64,000 nt of DNA from positions 9,796,001-9,860,000 of the forward strand of contig JBHGNT010000002.1 in the NCBI GenBank assembly GCA_043228905.1, read 5' to 3'. The translations under genes were made by a program, and so were the position numbers. The DNA is from Azolla caroliniana (lineage: Eukaryota > Plantae > Polypodiophyta). Below the pieces are notes generated by a model that had not been told where the DNA came from, did not search any database, and saw nothing but the letters and a program-made list of their open reading frames with translations. Shown here in pieces: positions 23,046 through 35,700 of this stretch (within the stretch, counting starts at the first letter, position 1; every line of letters starts with the position of its first letter).

Positions 23046-24608
23046 CGTGCTGGTTATGGTTGTGGCATGGCCATTGTTCTCGCCGGAAGCCCTTTCTGGA
23101 TTGTTGCATGTAGTGACAAATCCTATTCTTGCTGTGCCTGCTGCCCCGGTGAGGTAGGCAATTCAATTACCGGTTCTTGGACCACCGACATTGTTGCCTC
23201 TTGTCGCACAAGTAACACTTTCATGGGTTCTAGTTGAACCGGTTCCGCCTCTTTCCTTGGCTCCGGTCCCTCTGAACGCGGTATCGGTGCGCTATCCTTC
23301 ACCAGACCTGATTCGGCCCCCTTCTGCTCCACATCGCTATGGTTCTGGCATCATAGGAGGTTATCGACGGGGTCTTCCTCCCCCTCCTCCTCTTGGGTTC
23401 TGATATTGATCTTCCTTGCCAAGGGGCCCGACTCTTGTTCCTGTTAGCGCAACTTGATTTTAAGAGGCCTTACTGGTGGCTCCACCGGTGTCTCTGTCTA
23501 TGCTTGCTGCTTCTGGCTAGGAGGTTCTATCCCTTTCTACAAGGTACTGCCCTCTTTCCATCCGCGCGTGTGCTTGGCCAGGAGTTGTTTCCGTTTTGAA
23601 GGTTTGTTGGGTGTGGTTTCCGTTACTTGAACCCACTTCGTAGTCTTTACCGGCTCCACCGGCGGCGCCAAGAGAGTCAGCCATTGAGCCACAACCGTCC
23701 ATACTTTCTTGTCATTCTGCATTGATTCTATCGTCGTCCGCAAGCAAGCGATGATGATTACCGGCCAATCCACTTGCACCCCTGTGGATGTCGCAATGAT
23801 GAAACCGGCTTTGTTCTTTGGCATTACCGAGGGTCGGGGGTACACGAACCCATACTCGTGGAGGACACGAGCCATTGCTCTGAATAGGGGGTCCTCGCCG
23901 CCCTGTGTCTAGTGAGCCTTGCTTGCGAGGGAATACTTGCCAAAAAACTTGGTTAGCGTTTCAGGAGAAGGGTTCTCGATGGAGTAGATGCCCTCTTCCG
24001 GCAATCCAATTAGAGCGCGGATGGTTTCCTCCGTTATGATTTCCGTGTCGATTTTATGCATGACTTCTTCTGCTTCGTCGTGCAGTAGTGCCTCTACTAT
24101 CCTCAGGAAGCCTCCCAACCGATGTTGGTTGAACCACTTCTTGGCAGTTTCGGAAAGTCCCATAGGTTCCATTTCGTCTTCTGGTTCTACAGTGGTAGGT
24201 AGGGCCGATGTGCTTGTATGTGCTTCTTGCGTCCGTCTGCTTACTTGTACTGTCATTTGTGCACTCAATGCTCTGTGTTCGCAAAATGAGAGAAACTCTA
24301 CGAGGAGGAGGTTTCGTGTTCCCATGCTTGGCGCCTTTTCTCGATTCTTGCGCATGCACGTCATGTACTATAATAGCAACTGTGTGACACGTGGTGCGCT
24401 TTAACTAGGCTTTAAATAGCCAACTGCACGCCTTTTCGAGGTGTCCGTTCACTCTTCGCCTTCGCATGATGATCTCTTTTTCTTTTTCTTTTTTATTTTA
24501 TTATTACTATTATTTTTCTTCTTTTTTATTTTAGTTCCGGTTACCCCGGCTACCAATTCTGTTTTTCTTCATGGTTTCCCACCAACTACTTGCCGCTGCC
24601 TATTTCCG
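23046..24608 (-). mobile_element. Gypsy G' fragment: 5' part of the extra ORF and upstream spacer, a close relative of G
   Basis: Colinear with 60997-62524 (e.g. KKWFNQHRLGGFLRI vs KKWFNQHGLGGFLRI). Confidence 0.88.
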
Positions 24609-25079
24609 CATTGTCCGCAGGAATCGTAACCGGCGGACAGAAGCGTAGAAATATTATAATATAGTAAAAGCGTTAAGAAGCGCATGTAACGGTTCACGCT
24701 AGAAGCATAACCAGTTAAAAGCTTTGTGTACATAAGGGGCAGAAACCCTCTGTAAAGGGTAGCGTGTAATTTTGAGTGTAGGACGTTTTCTAATAGAATC
24801 CTATCTTCTCTGATCTCTGTGCATATCTGTGTCTATTTGTGTGAGAGTCCATTGTTTCTCTACTGCGTATTGTTTAATCGTAAGTGTGTGTAAGCGTAAG
24901 TGTGTATACTAGTGCACTTCCTAAGGAGTTCGGTTGTAGCCATCTCCCTTATACGCTACTAAGATACGAGGTGGTATCCCATTACGATTTACAATAGGAC
25001 AGTTCCATTCCTTGTAACACGGTCACCTTGAGGTCTACCTCGAAGGACTAAGCGTAGACAGTGTTCTTAATCGGTAACA
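24609..25079 (+). repeat. 5' LTR of Gypsy D
   Basis: Direct repeat of 56483-56953 (roughly 90-95% identical); the initial TG reads CA here. Confidence 0.9.
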
Positions 25080-25279
25080 CGTTTGGCACGCCTGGTGATC
25101 TGTGATTTCTCGCAAACGAACAACAGGGGATGGATGTCTAGCCATTGACGGCCTAGAGAACCGACCCTACAAGACAGAGGAGCGCGCAAGGCAAAAACCT
25201 CGCCTCAGTGATATCTGTCCGAACGACAAAGTCAACTCCACGCTCACCTAAAACCGCGACGTTAAGTAGGAAGTTCTGT

Positions 25280-28200
25280 CACCACACGAGTACCGTGATC
25301 TTCTCCTGCCCACCATAGTGTCCGGAATGGCCTTCTCCTATCCACGCTTTAATGGTGAAACAGACGCCGCAAGCCACATCTGGCTGTTTCTGAATGTTTG
25401 GAACGTGAATCACTGGCGCAACGACTTCTAGAAGAGAAAGTGCACCAGTCAAAGATGACAGAGTTTGGTTTAACTCTGGATGGTAGAGCCGCGTTTTGGC
25501 ATTTGCAAATGGATCTACCAGCAATCAACACCTTCATCGGAGGGTACCTCAACGCGAAATCATCGGGTAGTTCTACACAATCAAGCAACTGCCAACAGAA
25601 TCTGTCGCAGACTTTAGCTTACGTTTCCAAAATCTACGGCGGAAATTAGAACGAGCCCTGACAGATCACGAATCTAGGGCGATGTTTTTGGCAGCCCTAT
25701 GGTGACCTATCAGGACGATGCTCAACACACATAGTGTGTAAGGGGAAACAATCGATATGGTCATCGAGCGAGCGTTACATCTTGAGTTGGACGAAGAGGA
25801 ACAATTTTCCATGTCCTCGTTACAACAGGCATTGCCTCAGGACGAGGAACACCACTTTTGTCAGGCTATTCAGTGCACGATTTGCCTCAATTCCGGGCAT
25901 TCCACAGTGGAATGCAATATGCGAATTCACTACCCAATTTGTCACTCAAAGGCACACACGATCGAGCAATGTGAATACAATATGCTGAACATACCTACGC
26001 CCATAGTACGACGCGTAGAACCACATCGACCACCTCACTGAAATGATCAAAGGCACCAAGAGGAACGACCTCGATATACGGATCGAAATCCACGCGATGA
26101 CCGGCACTACCGTAATCGCCGGAATAACAACGATTCCGATGTAGAGGAGCCGAAGGACGAAGAATATCGGGGCAACCACCGGTATCATAAAGAAGGGTGT
26201 CGTTACGACAACCACCGTTCGACGAACAAGCGTGTGGATTCAAAGGGCCTCACTCACAAGGAAAGCGTCGACAGTATAGGCACCAATGACATTACGGCGA
26301 AAGTTCGGAGGATGACCGACACCAGGAGTCACGCAGGGACCAACCGCAAACACCCCGGAATTCCAGGAGAATGCAACAAGACTAGGAGGAACAGGCGACA
26401 CTTGGGGATAGGAATACGCTGCCAGCTGCAAAGAAAGGAGAGTCCAGTGTACATTATTTTGTCTGCCAACAACACGGACATTACGCAACTCAATGCCCAC
26501 TGCACAAGGGCAAAGGACCAGCCATAAATACGATTACGACGGAAGTTCAGCAGGTCACGACACGACAACAAACAAAGAATGTTGACTAGGCTGCACAAGA
26601 TGAGGTATGCAAAGTGGCCCAAGCATGGGTAGAAAAAGCAAATGCGGCCAATACGACGCGTATGCGGCAGGAGTCCGCAAGCAATGTTGGGTCGATAGAA
26701 GAAAACATAATATCCCCAGACCCCATATGGCAAGCACTGGCAGGCTGCGAAATAATAATGACCATGGAAAAACTCCTTCAACTAGTTCCACGATTTTGGC
26801 AGGCCGTAGAAGATCACATAACGAGCAGGCCTGGTATAAACGTCTCAACAAATTTTGCCAAAACAAGCATTGGACCAACAATGGTGGATCACCACAATCC
26901 AGCCATTCAGCTAGTACTACACGGGCAGGAAATAACAGGTTGTATAATCGATGGGGGCTCTGGCGTTAATGTGATTAGTGCAAAGACGTGTGAATAGTTA
27001 GGAATTTCGGATTGGGAAGCTTGCCCCTTTTGGCTTCACATGGCCTATACCCGATCTGTCAGGCCCGCGAGTCATCCCGCTATTTCAAATTGATGTAATA
27101 GAAATCACGGTGGATTACGCTACTCCCAGTACACTTCCCGAAGAGGCTTATGAACCAGACCCAGAGTCGATAATGGAATTAAGCCGAGCACGGGCCGTGT
27201 TCGAGAAAGAAATGGAAATTTCACGACGAGTCTCCGCCTCAGCATTGGAAGAAGTTAACATAGGAACGACAACGGATCCCCGATTACACTCCATCACAAA
27301 AGACTTACTACCGGATCATAAAGCAGCGATGTTAGTCTGCTCAAGGAATATAAAGATGTGTTCGCTTGGTCCCATGAAGACATGAAGGGATTGGATCCAA
27401 AATTCTACCAGCATAAGATCAACTTAGCTACCGACGCGAAACCTGTTCAGCAACGTCAATACCGAAGGAATCCGAATTACGCGGCTCGCGTAAAAGAGGA
27501 AATTGACAAACTTCTCAAGGCTGGATTCATTTGATCAGTCAAGCAAGCGATGTGGCTGAGCCCTATAGTCGTAGTATCGAAGAAAAATGGAAAAATACAC
27601 TTTTGCGTAGACTATTGTAAATTGAACGCCGTAACTATTACCGATGCGTTTTCTTTATCATTCACCGACAACATACTGGACGCAGTCGCAGGGCATGACT
27701 TGTACAATTTTCTAGATGACTTTAGTGGATACAATCAAGTACGCATGCATCCTGACGACCAAGAGAAGACGATGTTTGTCACCGACTAGGGAGTTTATGT
27801 TATGGTAGTCATTCCAGCGGACAATTACGGAAATTTTTGGGGAATACATACCCACCTTCATGTAAGTCTTTCTGAACAATTTCGCGGTGTATAGGACAAC
27901 ATCTGAACATCTAAGTCATTTACGGCTGTGTTTGGAGCGCTGCCGGGCTTCACGCTTAAGACTGAATCTAGCCAAATGTGCGTTCGACATCACAAGCGGA
28001 GCCGTCCTCGGTCAGATCGTCAGCAAGGAGGGGATAGTGGTGGATCCTAATAAAATTTCCACGATCATTCAAGCAAAAACGTTGACAACTGCCAAAGCAC
28101 TCAACCGTTTCCTAGGACAAATACGTTGGCATAGTCATATGTTACGATATTTGGCGGATTTCGCCACGCCTTTACACGCCGTCGTCCACCATACACCTTT

Positions 28201-29324
28201 CAAATGGACGGAAAATGAAGAAAAAGTGGATGATGTGCTTAAAATAATGTTGACTCAAGCACCAGTCGTACAAGCACCAGATTGGGGGAAACCATTTCAC
28301 GTTGTCGTGAAGATTTTCGTCCACAAGCGGAAACCCGAGCAACGAGAGCCAAAGAGCGATGTGCAACGTTGCACATGTACATAATGTATTTGTAATAGTA
28401 ATAAAGGTATAAAGGTGATGTGGTTGTACGCACATCCACGCGAGAGAGAGAGGTACTATGCGGTACATAAGTACCTAGTTGTTTGTGAGGAGGTGGGAGT
28501 TAAGGGGCCATCAATCTCACCCTCCCCCAAATCAAGGCAAATATTCCCTTTGAATGGAAGGGGATACTTTAGTGTCACTTTTGTAAGCGGTCTTCCCTCC
28601 TTGTGCTATAAAAGGAGAGAGAAGGCACCATTGTGGGGGTTGCCTATTTTGTGTGAGTAAGGTATACCACTTAGTCGAGGGTTCTCCTTCTTCCCATTTT
28701 GTTTTAGGGTTAGGGTTTCGGTTAGGGTTTTCTTCTTGGGTTTTCCTTTAGGGTTTTTCATATAGTCGTTTGGTGCGGCCATGGTGGCCACCATTGTTGT
28801 AATCATTCATTTCTTAATAGAACTTTTTGTTGAGTATCTTGATTGCATCTTCTTCTTCTTCTATCATAATGTCATATTCGTTCTCTTCTCCTCTTGAGGT
28901 AATCTTTCTCCTTCACTCCCTAGTCCAAGACCCCCGTGGTCCCGCCTTTATCCACGCACGCGCGTAACAACGCGACAACGTTTTTGTGGACGCCTCAGAT
29001 ATAGCAATAGGTAGCGCATTGATGTAACGCACGAAGCCAAATTGGTACAGATCAGTGTATTACACCAGTAGGAAGCTATCAAAGGCTGAGCGTAACTACT
29101 CCACAACGGAACGAGAAGCGTTGGGTATGATATACAACATCAATAAATTCCGACATTATTTGCTGGGGCAGAAATTTACGTTTCACGTGTACCATACGAC
29201 GTTGCTATACCTGGTAGGGAAGCAGGCACTGACAGGAAAATTGGCTAGATGGATGTTGTTGCTCTAGGAGTTCTACTTTGTTATACAACATCGACTTGGT
29301 ATGCAACATGCTGTAGTAGATTTC
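25280..29324 (+). pseudogene. Gypsy D gag, protease, RT and RNase H (decayed, interrupted by a solo LTR)
   Basis: CTICLNSGHSTVEC...CHSKAHTIEQC, CIIDGGSGVNVI, WLSPIVVVSKKNGK and NYSTTEREALG fragments homologous to E. Confidence 0.88.
28303..28977 (+). mobile_element. Solo LTR related to Gypsy F, with 4-bp TSD ACGT
   Basis: TGTCGTGAAG...CGCGACA ends resemble the F LTR ends. ACGT at 28299-28302 and 28978-28981; removal restores host PFHVFVDASD. Confidence 0.9.
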
Positions 29325-29777
29325 TGTTACCCGGACCTGGACAGTCAGTTTTACCGAACAAGTGGGAAAGCGTCGAAAACAGAGTCGGTTCGGATCGACT
29401 GTTCGGATCAATGACTCAGCAGTAAACGAAGAGAACTAAGTTAGATAATTTTGTAAATCTTGATAGTAAGTAGGAATAGTTCTTGATGAGAAAAGACCTT
29501 CGGTATACCTATAAAAGGGAACCGAAGGCATTGTAAGAAACATCGTTTTATTTAGTAATATAAGTTTAAGTTAGGAATATCCTGTACGGATTCTGTGTTC
29601 TTTCTATTGTCTATGTTCTTAAATGCAAGCTTCCTAATTTATAACTAAGTAACGATCAAGGTAATTATCGATTAATATAGTATAAGTCTGTTCGTAAAAC
29701 ACAATTCCTTGTTAGAACGTTGAGTAGCGACGTTCACTCTTCTGTATCGGTAGTAGATAGTAATTAGCCGATTAACA
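29325..29777 (+). repeat. 5' LTR of Gypsy E
   Basis: TGTTA...TAACA ends; direct repeat of 45242-45698; TATAAAA at 29510. Confidence 0.95.
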
Positions 29778-29788
29778 CAGAAGAATTT

Positions 29789-29800
29789 TGGCACGCCCGG
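29789..29800 (+). other. PBS of Gypsy E, probably tRNA-Arg
   Basis: TGGCACGCCCGG is complementary to a tRNA 3' end ...CCGGGCGTGCCA. The isoacceptor is assigned from remembered plant tRNA-Arg(UCU) sequence and not verified. Confidence 0.7.
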
Positions 29801-29836
29801 TTACATCTGCAATTAAGCAGAGAACAATTCGAATGG

Positions 29837-31728
29837 ATGTCGTATGAAGAGGAGGCACCGGTCAGTTGTAAGCGCCCTCGTACAAGGTCAGTTACGAAGG
29901 TAGTGCAACAAGCGTTCATTGCGCAGGAACAGCCGGAATCAAGCACAAAGTGGTCGAAACTTCCTGACTTATCCGATCAATTACCTTCAGACGAAAAACA
30001 GACGGAAGAGGTATCGTTTTACGACATTTGGGACGATATGCCTTATACTTATTCTAAGTTCCGGGAAGGAACAGATGCGGAAGCACATGTTAGGGATTTC
30101 TTAACGACATGGGAGATTAACCATGGAGCTCAGCGATTGTCGGCAGATGCCGAAGATAAGTCAAAAATCGCCGAGTTCGTCTTATCATTAGACGGATATT
30201 TCGCTAATTGGTTTGCGCAGAACGGTCTTCAAGGATTTCCATCCTTTGAAGTATTAACTAGTAAATTTTTACAATTATTTCATCAACAAATTCCGCAGAA
30301 GGATTTGATTGCGCAATTTTATGCGTTATATCAAGAAAAAAATGAAACAGTATCTCAGTTTGTGATACGATTTCAGAACTTACAGCTTCAGATTTCAAGG
30401 CCGATTCCGGATAAGGAATTAAAAGAAGTCTTTCTAGAAGCTGTAAAAGAACCATTAAGGACGACATTGAAAGTGTTCGATTTTTGAAATCAGACTATCG
30501 AACAAGTCATTGATAAAGCAATAGAAATGGGTCGACTACCGGTCAATGTTCAGAATATGGACATGTCGGCATTACACTGTACATTACCAACAATGGAGGA
30601 GTTACAATTTCGACAAGCAGTTCAATGCACCACTTGTTTAAATACGGGGCATTCGGCAATTGACTGTACGTTAAGAACACATTGTACAATATGTCATTCA
30701 AAATTACATTCCGTAGAACAATGTGAATATAATCTGCTTAATAAGACTACGGCGTCAGTACGACAAATTTTTGCTGACAATGGTTACCAAAATAACACTA
30801 ATCTGTTCAATGGTTATCAAAATAATAATTTTTCACAAAATCAGCAAAATGTACAACAGAATCCGGTTCTACAGCCAAATCAGATCTTTTCACAACAAAA
30901 TATGCAACCCACTCAAGTGACTCAAGCATTTCAACCAGGTTTTGCTCAATCCAACCCACCATTCGTACAGAATCCGAATCAATATTTTCAACAAAATAAT
31001 CAAAGTTTCCAACAAGGTAACCCACCATTTCAAGGGTTTCAACAGAACTGTCCGAATGTGCAACCGAATTCTACATTTCAACCAAATCCGGCATTTCAAC
31101 CGGGTAATATGACTTTTCAACATAATACTCAAACCGTTCCACAAAATAATCAAATGTTTCAACAAAGTAATTTTCCGCCAAATCAGGAGTTCGGGATACC
31201 ACACAATATAGCACAACCAAATGATAATATTGAACAATTTAGGCAGAATCGGTATAAAAACAAGAGATTTTACAAACCAAAAGCTACACGTCAATACCAA
31301 CAAAACCCGAATGGTAATGAAGAGCAGCAATTTAATAACGGGCAATTTGCACATGGAGAGACCAGTGCAACATTTGTGCCCACTTGTTACGTTTGTCGAC
31401 AACTAGGCCATTATGCTAATCAATGTCCGGTTAAAGGAAAGGGTCCAGCGGTTAATATGGTAATACCGGAAGTTCAGCAAGTAACGACACGCAGCAAAAG
31501 CAAACAATCAGAGTGGGAAATTCAGGAAGAAGTTCGGAAGGCGGCAAAAGAATGGGTGGATGAAGCAAATCAAAGTAATGTGAATCGAATGTTACAAGAC
31601 AATAACATTGACCAGGACATCGCTGTACAACAGTCATTGGGGAATAAGGAACAGGAAGAAACTTGGAAACTGTTGGCTGATTGCCAAGTGTCATTGCCAC
31701 TTACGGGCTTACTTAAGTTAGTACCAAG
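29837..31728 (+). pseudogene. Gypsy E gag (one in-frame TGA at 30485; interrupted by Gypsy H)
   Basis: Retrotransposon gag core (LYQEKNETVSQFVIRF), three CCHC knuckles and a Q/N-rich spacer. Confidence 0.9.
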
Positions 31729-32477
31729 TGATAGGGTGTATAAGATAATAGATAGTTATACACTATATGAGGGCTTGACCAAACCGATTAGATGGAGTTG
31801 AAAATCATAATATATTATATAGCTCTAGGTAATTATGATTAGAGAGTATAACTCAAGAAACTAAGAAAAAAGATAGAGAAAGCGAGCAAGAAATAAGAAT
31901 GTTCTGATATTCCAACATCAAGAGAATACAAAGGAGACAAACTCCACATTGAACTAAAACCAAAGACCTTCCTCTTCTAAGACACTTCCTCTTCCACAAA
32001 GACACTTCTTCCTAACACTCCTCATCCACTCTTTGACCTTCACTCTTCGCCCCCCTCCTCACTAATATCACTTCTTCTTTTATAACCTTCCTCTTCTTAT
32101 CCACGTTCATGCTATTTTTAGAAGCTTTTTATCTCCCTATTTTTAGCTATGACACATCGACCTTCTAATCGTCATATCTCCCTCATCCGATATCCAAATT
32201 AAGCGATTTAAAAAGCTATAGAAAGCTCTTTTTACAAGCTTTCTAATCCATATTTAAACGTGATATTTGGATAAACAACGAGGGAGTTATGACCATTCTA
32301 TTTTTACTGTTTTTTATAGTCTGCGTTTTCTCTTTTTACTTTTCTCTTGGTCTCGTACTTTTACTTTTGACTTCTTCCCTAAGGTCTTAGTTCGTGTTCT
32401 TATCCTCAAAAGGTGAATTATCTATACTTTATATTCTCCTAATGTTCAATGGCTTAGATTCTAAAAACACTTTCACA
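31729..32477 (-). repeat. 3' LTR of Gypsy H
   Basis: Direct repeat of 37987-38735; adjacent PPT. Confidence 0.95.
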
Positions 32478-32738
32478 TTTAGCCCTCCCCCTTGTTAGAG
32501 GCTAAGCCATTTATGGCGAAGCACTTATTGGCAGTACTTAACAAACAAAAGCTCTCTCGCCAATCTCTTGGCTATAGACAATGAGAGAGATATAATAAAA
32601 AGAAAATAAAAAGATGTGAGTAAAACCCCCGCTAATCGGTAGGAAAAACCTCACATTCTCTACAAATAAAAAAGATAATCACTATTACCATCTTCCTCTT
32701 TGTTAATAGAGAGAAAGATGGGTCTACAATATGGATTA

Positions 32739-35700
32739 TTAAGAAAATAATGTATGGGGAAACAAGTCCACTTCTTGCTCCCATCCATCCGTATCAACAA
32801 TATCATTAGTAACTTGGGGAATATAAGTAGGTCCCCGAGTTACATACTTTTTAAGGCGCCATCCGTTCACTCGATAAGAATGAAGTGCTCCATCCACATC
32901 TTTCAATTGGTAACTTCCGTTGTCATACTTTTTGTGAACCACAAAGGGTCCTTCCCACTTATTATCAAGCTTTTGTCCTTGAATATAATCATATCTATTA
33001 TCATACCTAAGAACCAATGATCCTTCTTCAATGTGGTTGCCCTTGTGTTTTTTGTCATATGCCTCCTTTCTCTTCATTGCTTGATTTAAGTAATGCTCCA
33101 CAGCTTCTTCTCTTGAATATTGTAGTAGATGGTTGCTCGCTAAACGACTCATCACATCATTTCCTTTTGAGCGATGCGATGCCTCCATTAGTCTATTACT
33201 TTTGATCTCAAGTTCGATCGGAAGTAACGCTTCTTTTCCATAAACCAAATAAAAAGGAGTAAAACCTGTGGAGGATTTATAAGAAACTCTATAAGCCCAA
33301 AGAGTATCATCCAAATACCTATCCCATGTTCTTACTTTGTCTTGCACTAACTTTGTCAAATTCTTCACTATAAGCCCATTCACTTTCTCAACTGCACCAT
33401 TTGCTTGAGGATAATAAGGCGTTGAATATCGATGCTTAATCTTCAACTTGCTTAATAGACAAGCTAACATTTCACTCCTAAAACCGGGTCCATGATCGGA
33501 TACAATCTCCATGGGAATTCCAAATCTAGTACAAATATTCTTATACACAAATTGGGCTACATCTTTGGCTTTAATCGAGGAAGTTGCTATAGCTTCCACC
33601 CACTTTGTCATGTAGTCAATGGCCACCAAAATAAACTCTTTACCATGTTGAGTTTTCGGAAGAGGTCCTACTGCATCAATTCCCCATTTCTCGAATGGAG
33701 CAAACACCACAATGGGTTGTAAAGGTCCACTTTGTAGATGTCTTATTCCCGCTTTTTGACATGCATCACAAGATCTACACCAATCATGCACATCCCTATG
33801 GATAGTAGGCCATGTAAAACAAATTAGTAAAATCTTTCTTATCATTATATCATGGGCTAAATGCCCACCACAAACTTCTTCATGCAACTTAAAGAGTATC
33901 TTTATAATCTCGCTTTTGTTAGGAACTCTTCGTAAAACTCCATCTTTCCCTTTGTTGTACAAATCTTCACCCACCAAATGATATTGTGAAGCCTTTGCCA
34001 CCAAACGCTTTCTTTGCAAAGCATTGAGGTTATTTGGAAACTCTCCTTTATTAAGAAAATTATGTACTTCCTCTAGGGAGTCTACATCTTTGCACGTCTC
34101 CAAAACACCAACGAAACCTTCCTTGATCTTATCTAATTGGGCTTGAGCTAATGCATCCGCTTCTTTATTGTATAATCTCCCCACATGCTTAACCTGTATC
34201 TTTTCAAAAGACCTTAGTAGACTCATTGCTTCTTTATAAAAATTTCTAAGCCCATCACTTTGACATTTCCAATTGCCTTGAATTTGTTTAATTACCAATA
34301 AGGAATCACCCTTAAGAATTAATCTTTTTATCTTCATAGCTTTACATAGACGAAGACCATAACACAAGGTAGCATACTCCGCTTCATTATTTGAATTCAC
34401 ACCACTTAATGTAATACCTTCACTTTTTACTCTGTCTCCTTGAGGATCCTTGAGAATAATCCCACCCACGGCTATGTTTGTGGCTTTGCGAAATGCCCCA
34501 TCAAAGAATAAGGTGAATGCATCCTCCATATCCGGCTCGGGAAGTGCCTTTCGTAGCTTTACCAAGTCTTCTTCATGAAAGGTTTCTCTAAAGGTGAGAA
34601 GATCCGCCAATTCGGCACGCATAGTTGATTCCAATTTGACTTCAAAATCAAACTCCGCCAATAGTAGAGCCCATTTAGCAATTCGTGCTGAAATGCTCAC
34701 ATGTTGGAGTACATATGGGAGTAATGACATGCTAGTGATTATTACAAAATGATGAGGTAGTAGAAAGCTTCTAAACTTTTTACAAGCATATATAAGAGCT
34801 AACATCCACTTTTCTACTTCTAAGAATTCTTTCTCTACATCAGACATGGCTTTACTAATAAAATATATAGGATGCATAAGCCTATTTTCAGAATCTTGTT
34901 GCATAAGAATGGCTCCTATAGCATGAGATCCAACACTAAGAGAAAGAAAGAAGGTAGATGTTCTATCAGGTGGCTCTAGAATAGGAGCATTACATAATAG
35001 TTTTTTTATTCTTACATATTGCTCTTCAGTTGTAGATGTCCACAAGAAGTTGTTGGTGCGAAGAATAATGCGAAAAGGATAGAGAATTTGGGCCAACATA
35101 TGAATGAATCGTTCAAAGTAACGAACTTTTTGAACAAATACCTCCAAATCTTTGATACTCGTGGGTGTTGTCAGCTTTTGAATTGCTTCAATCTTTGAGC
35201 TATCAACTTTGATTCCTTCTTGAGACACCACATGACCAAGCATCACCACCTCCTTTTCACCTATGTGACACTTCTCTGGGTTGAGTTGCATTTTGCATTC
35301 CTCCAATCTTTTGAATGCCAAGCGAACCTTTTCCAAATGGTCTTTCCTGCTACTATAAATTGCAAAGTCATCCATAAAGACTCTAACAAACTTTCCAAAG
35401 AATGGTTGGAATACATGAATAGCAAGACGATTAAATGTAAAAACAGCATTTGTGAGTCCAAAGGGCATGCATCGATATGCAAAGCATCCCCATGGAGTGA
35501 TGAATGTCGTCTTCTTTTGATCCTCTTCCGCAATACGAATTTGAAAATAACCTGAATAGCCATCACAAACAGAGTACATTTCATGACCCGCAATTTCATC
35601 TAATATTTCATCTTGGAAAGGGAGAGGAAAGTGATCCCTCTTGGTAGCCGCATTTAGAGGTTTGTAATCAACACAAACCCTCCATTTTCCATTCTTTTTA

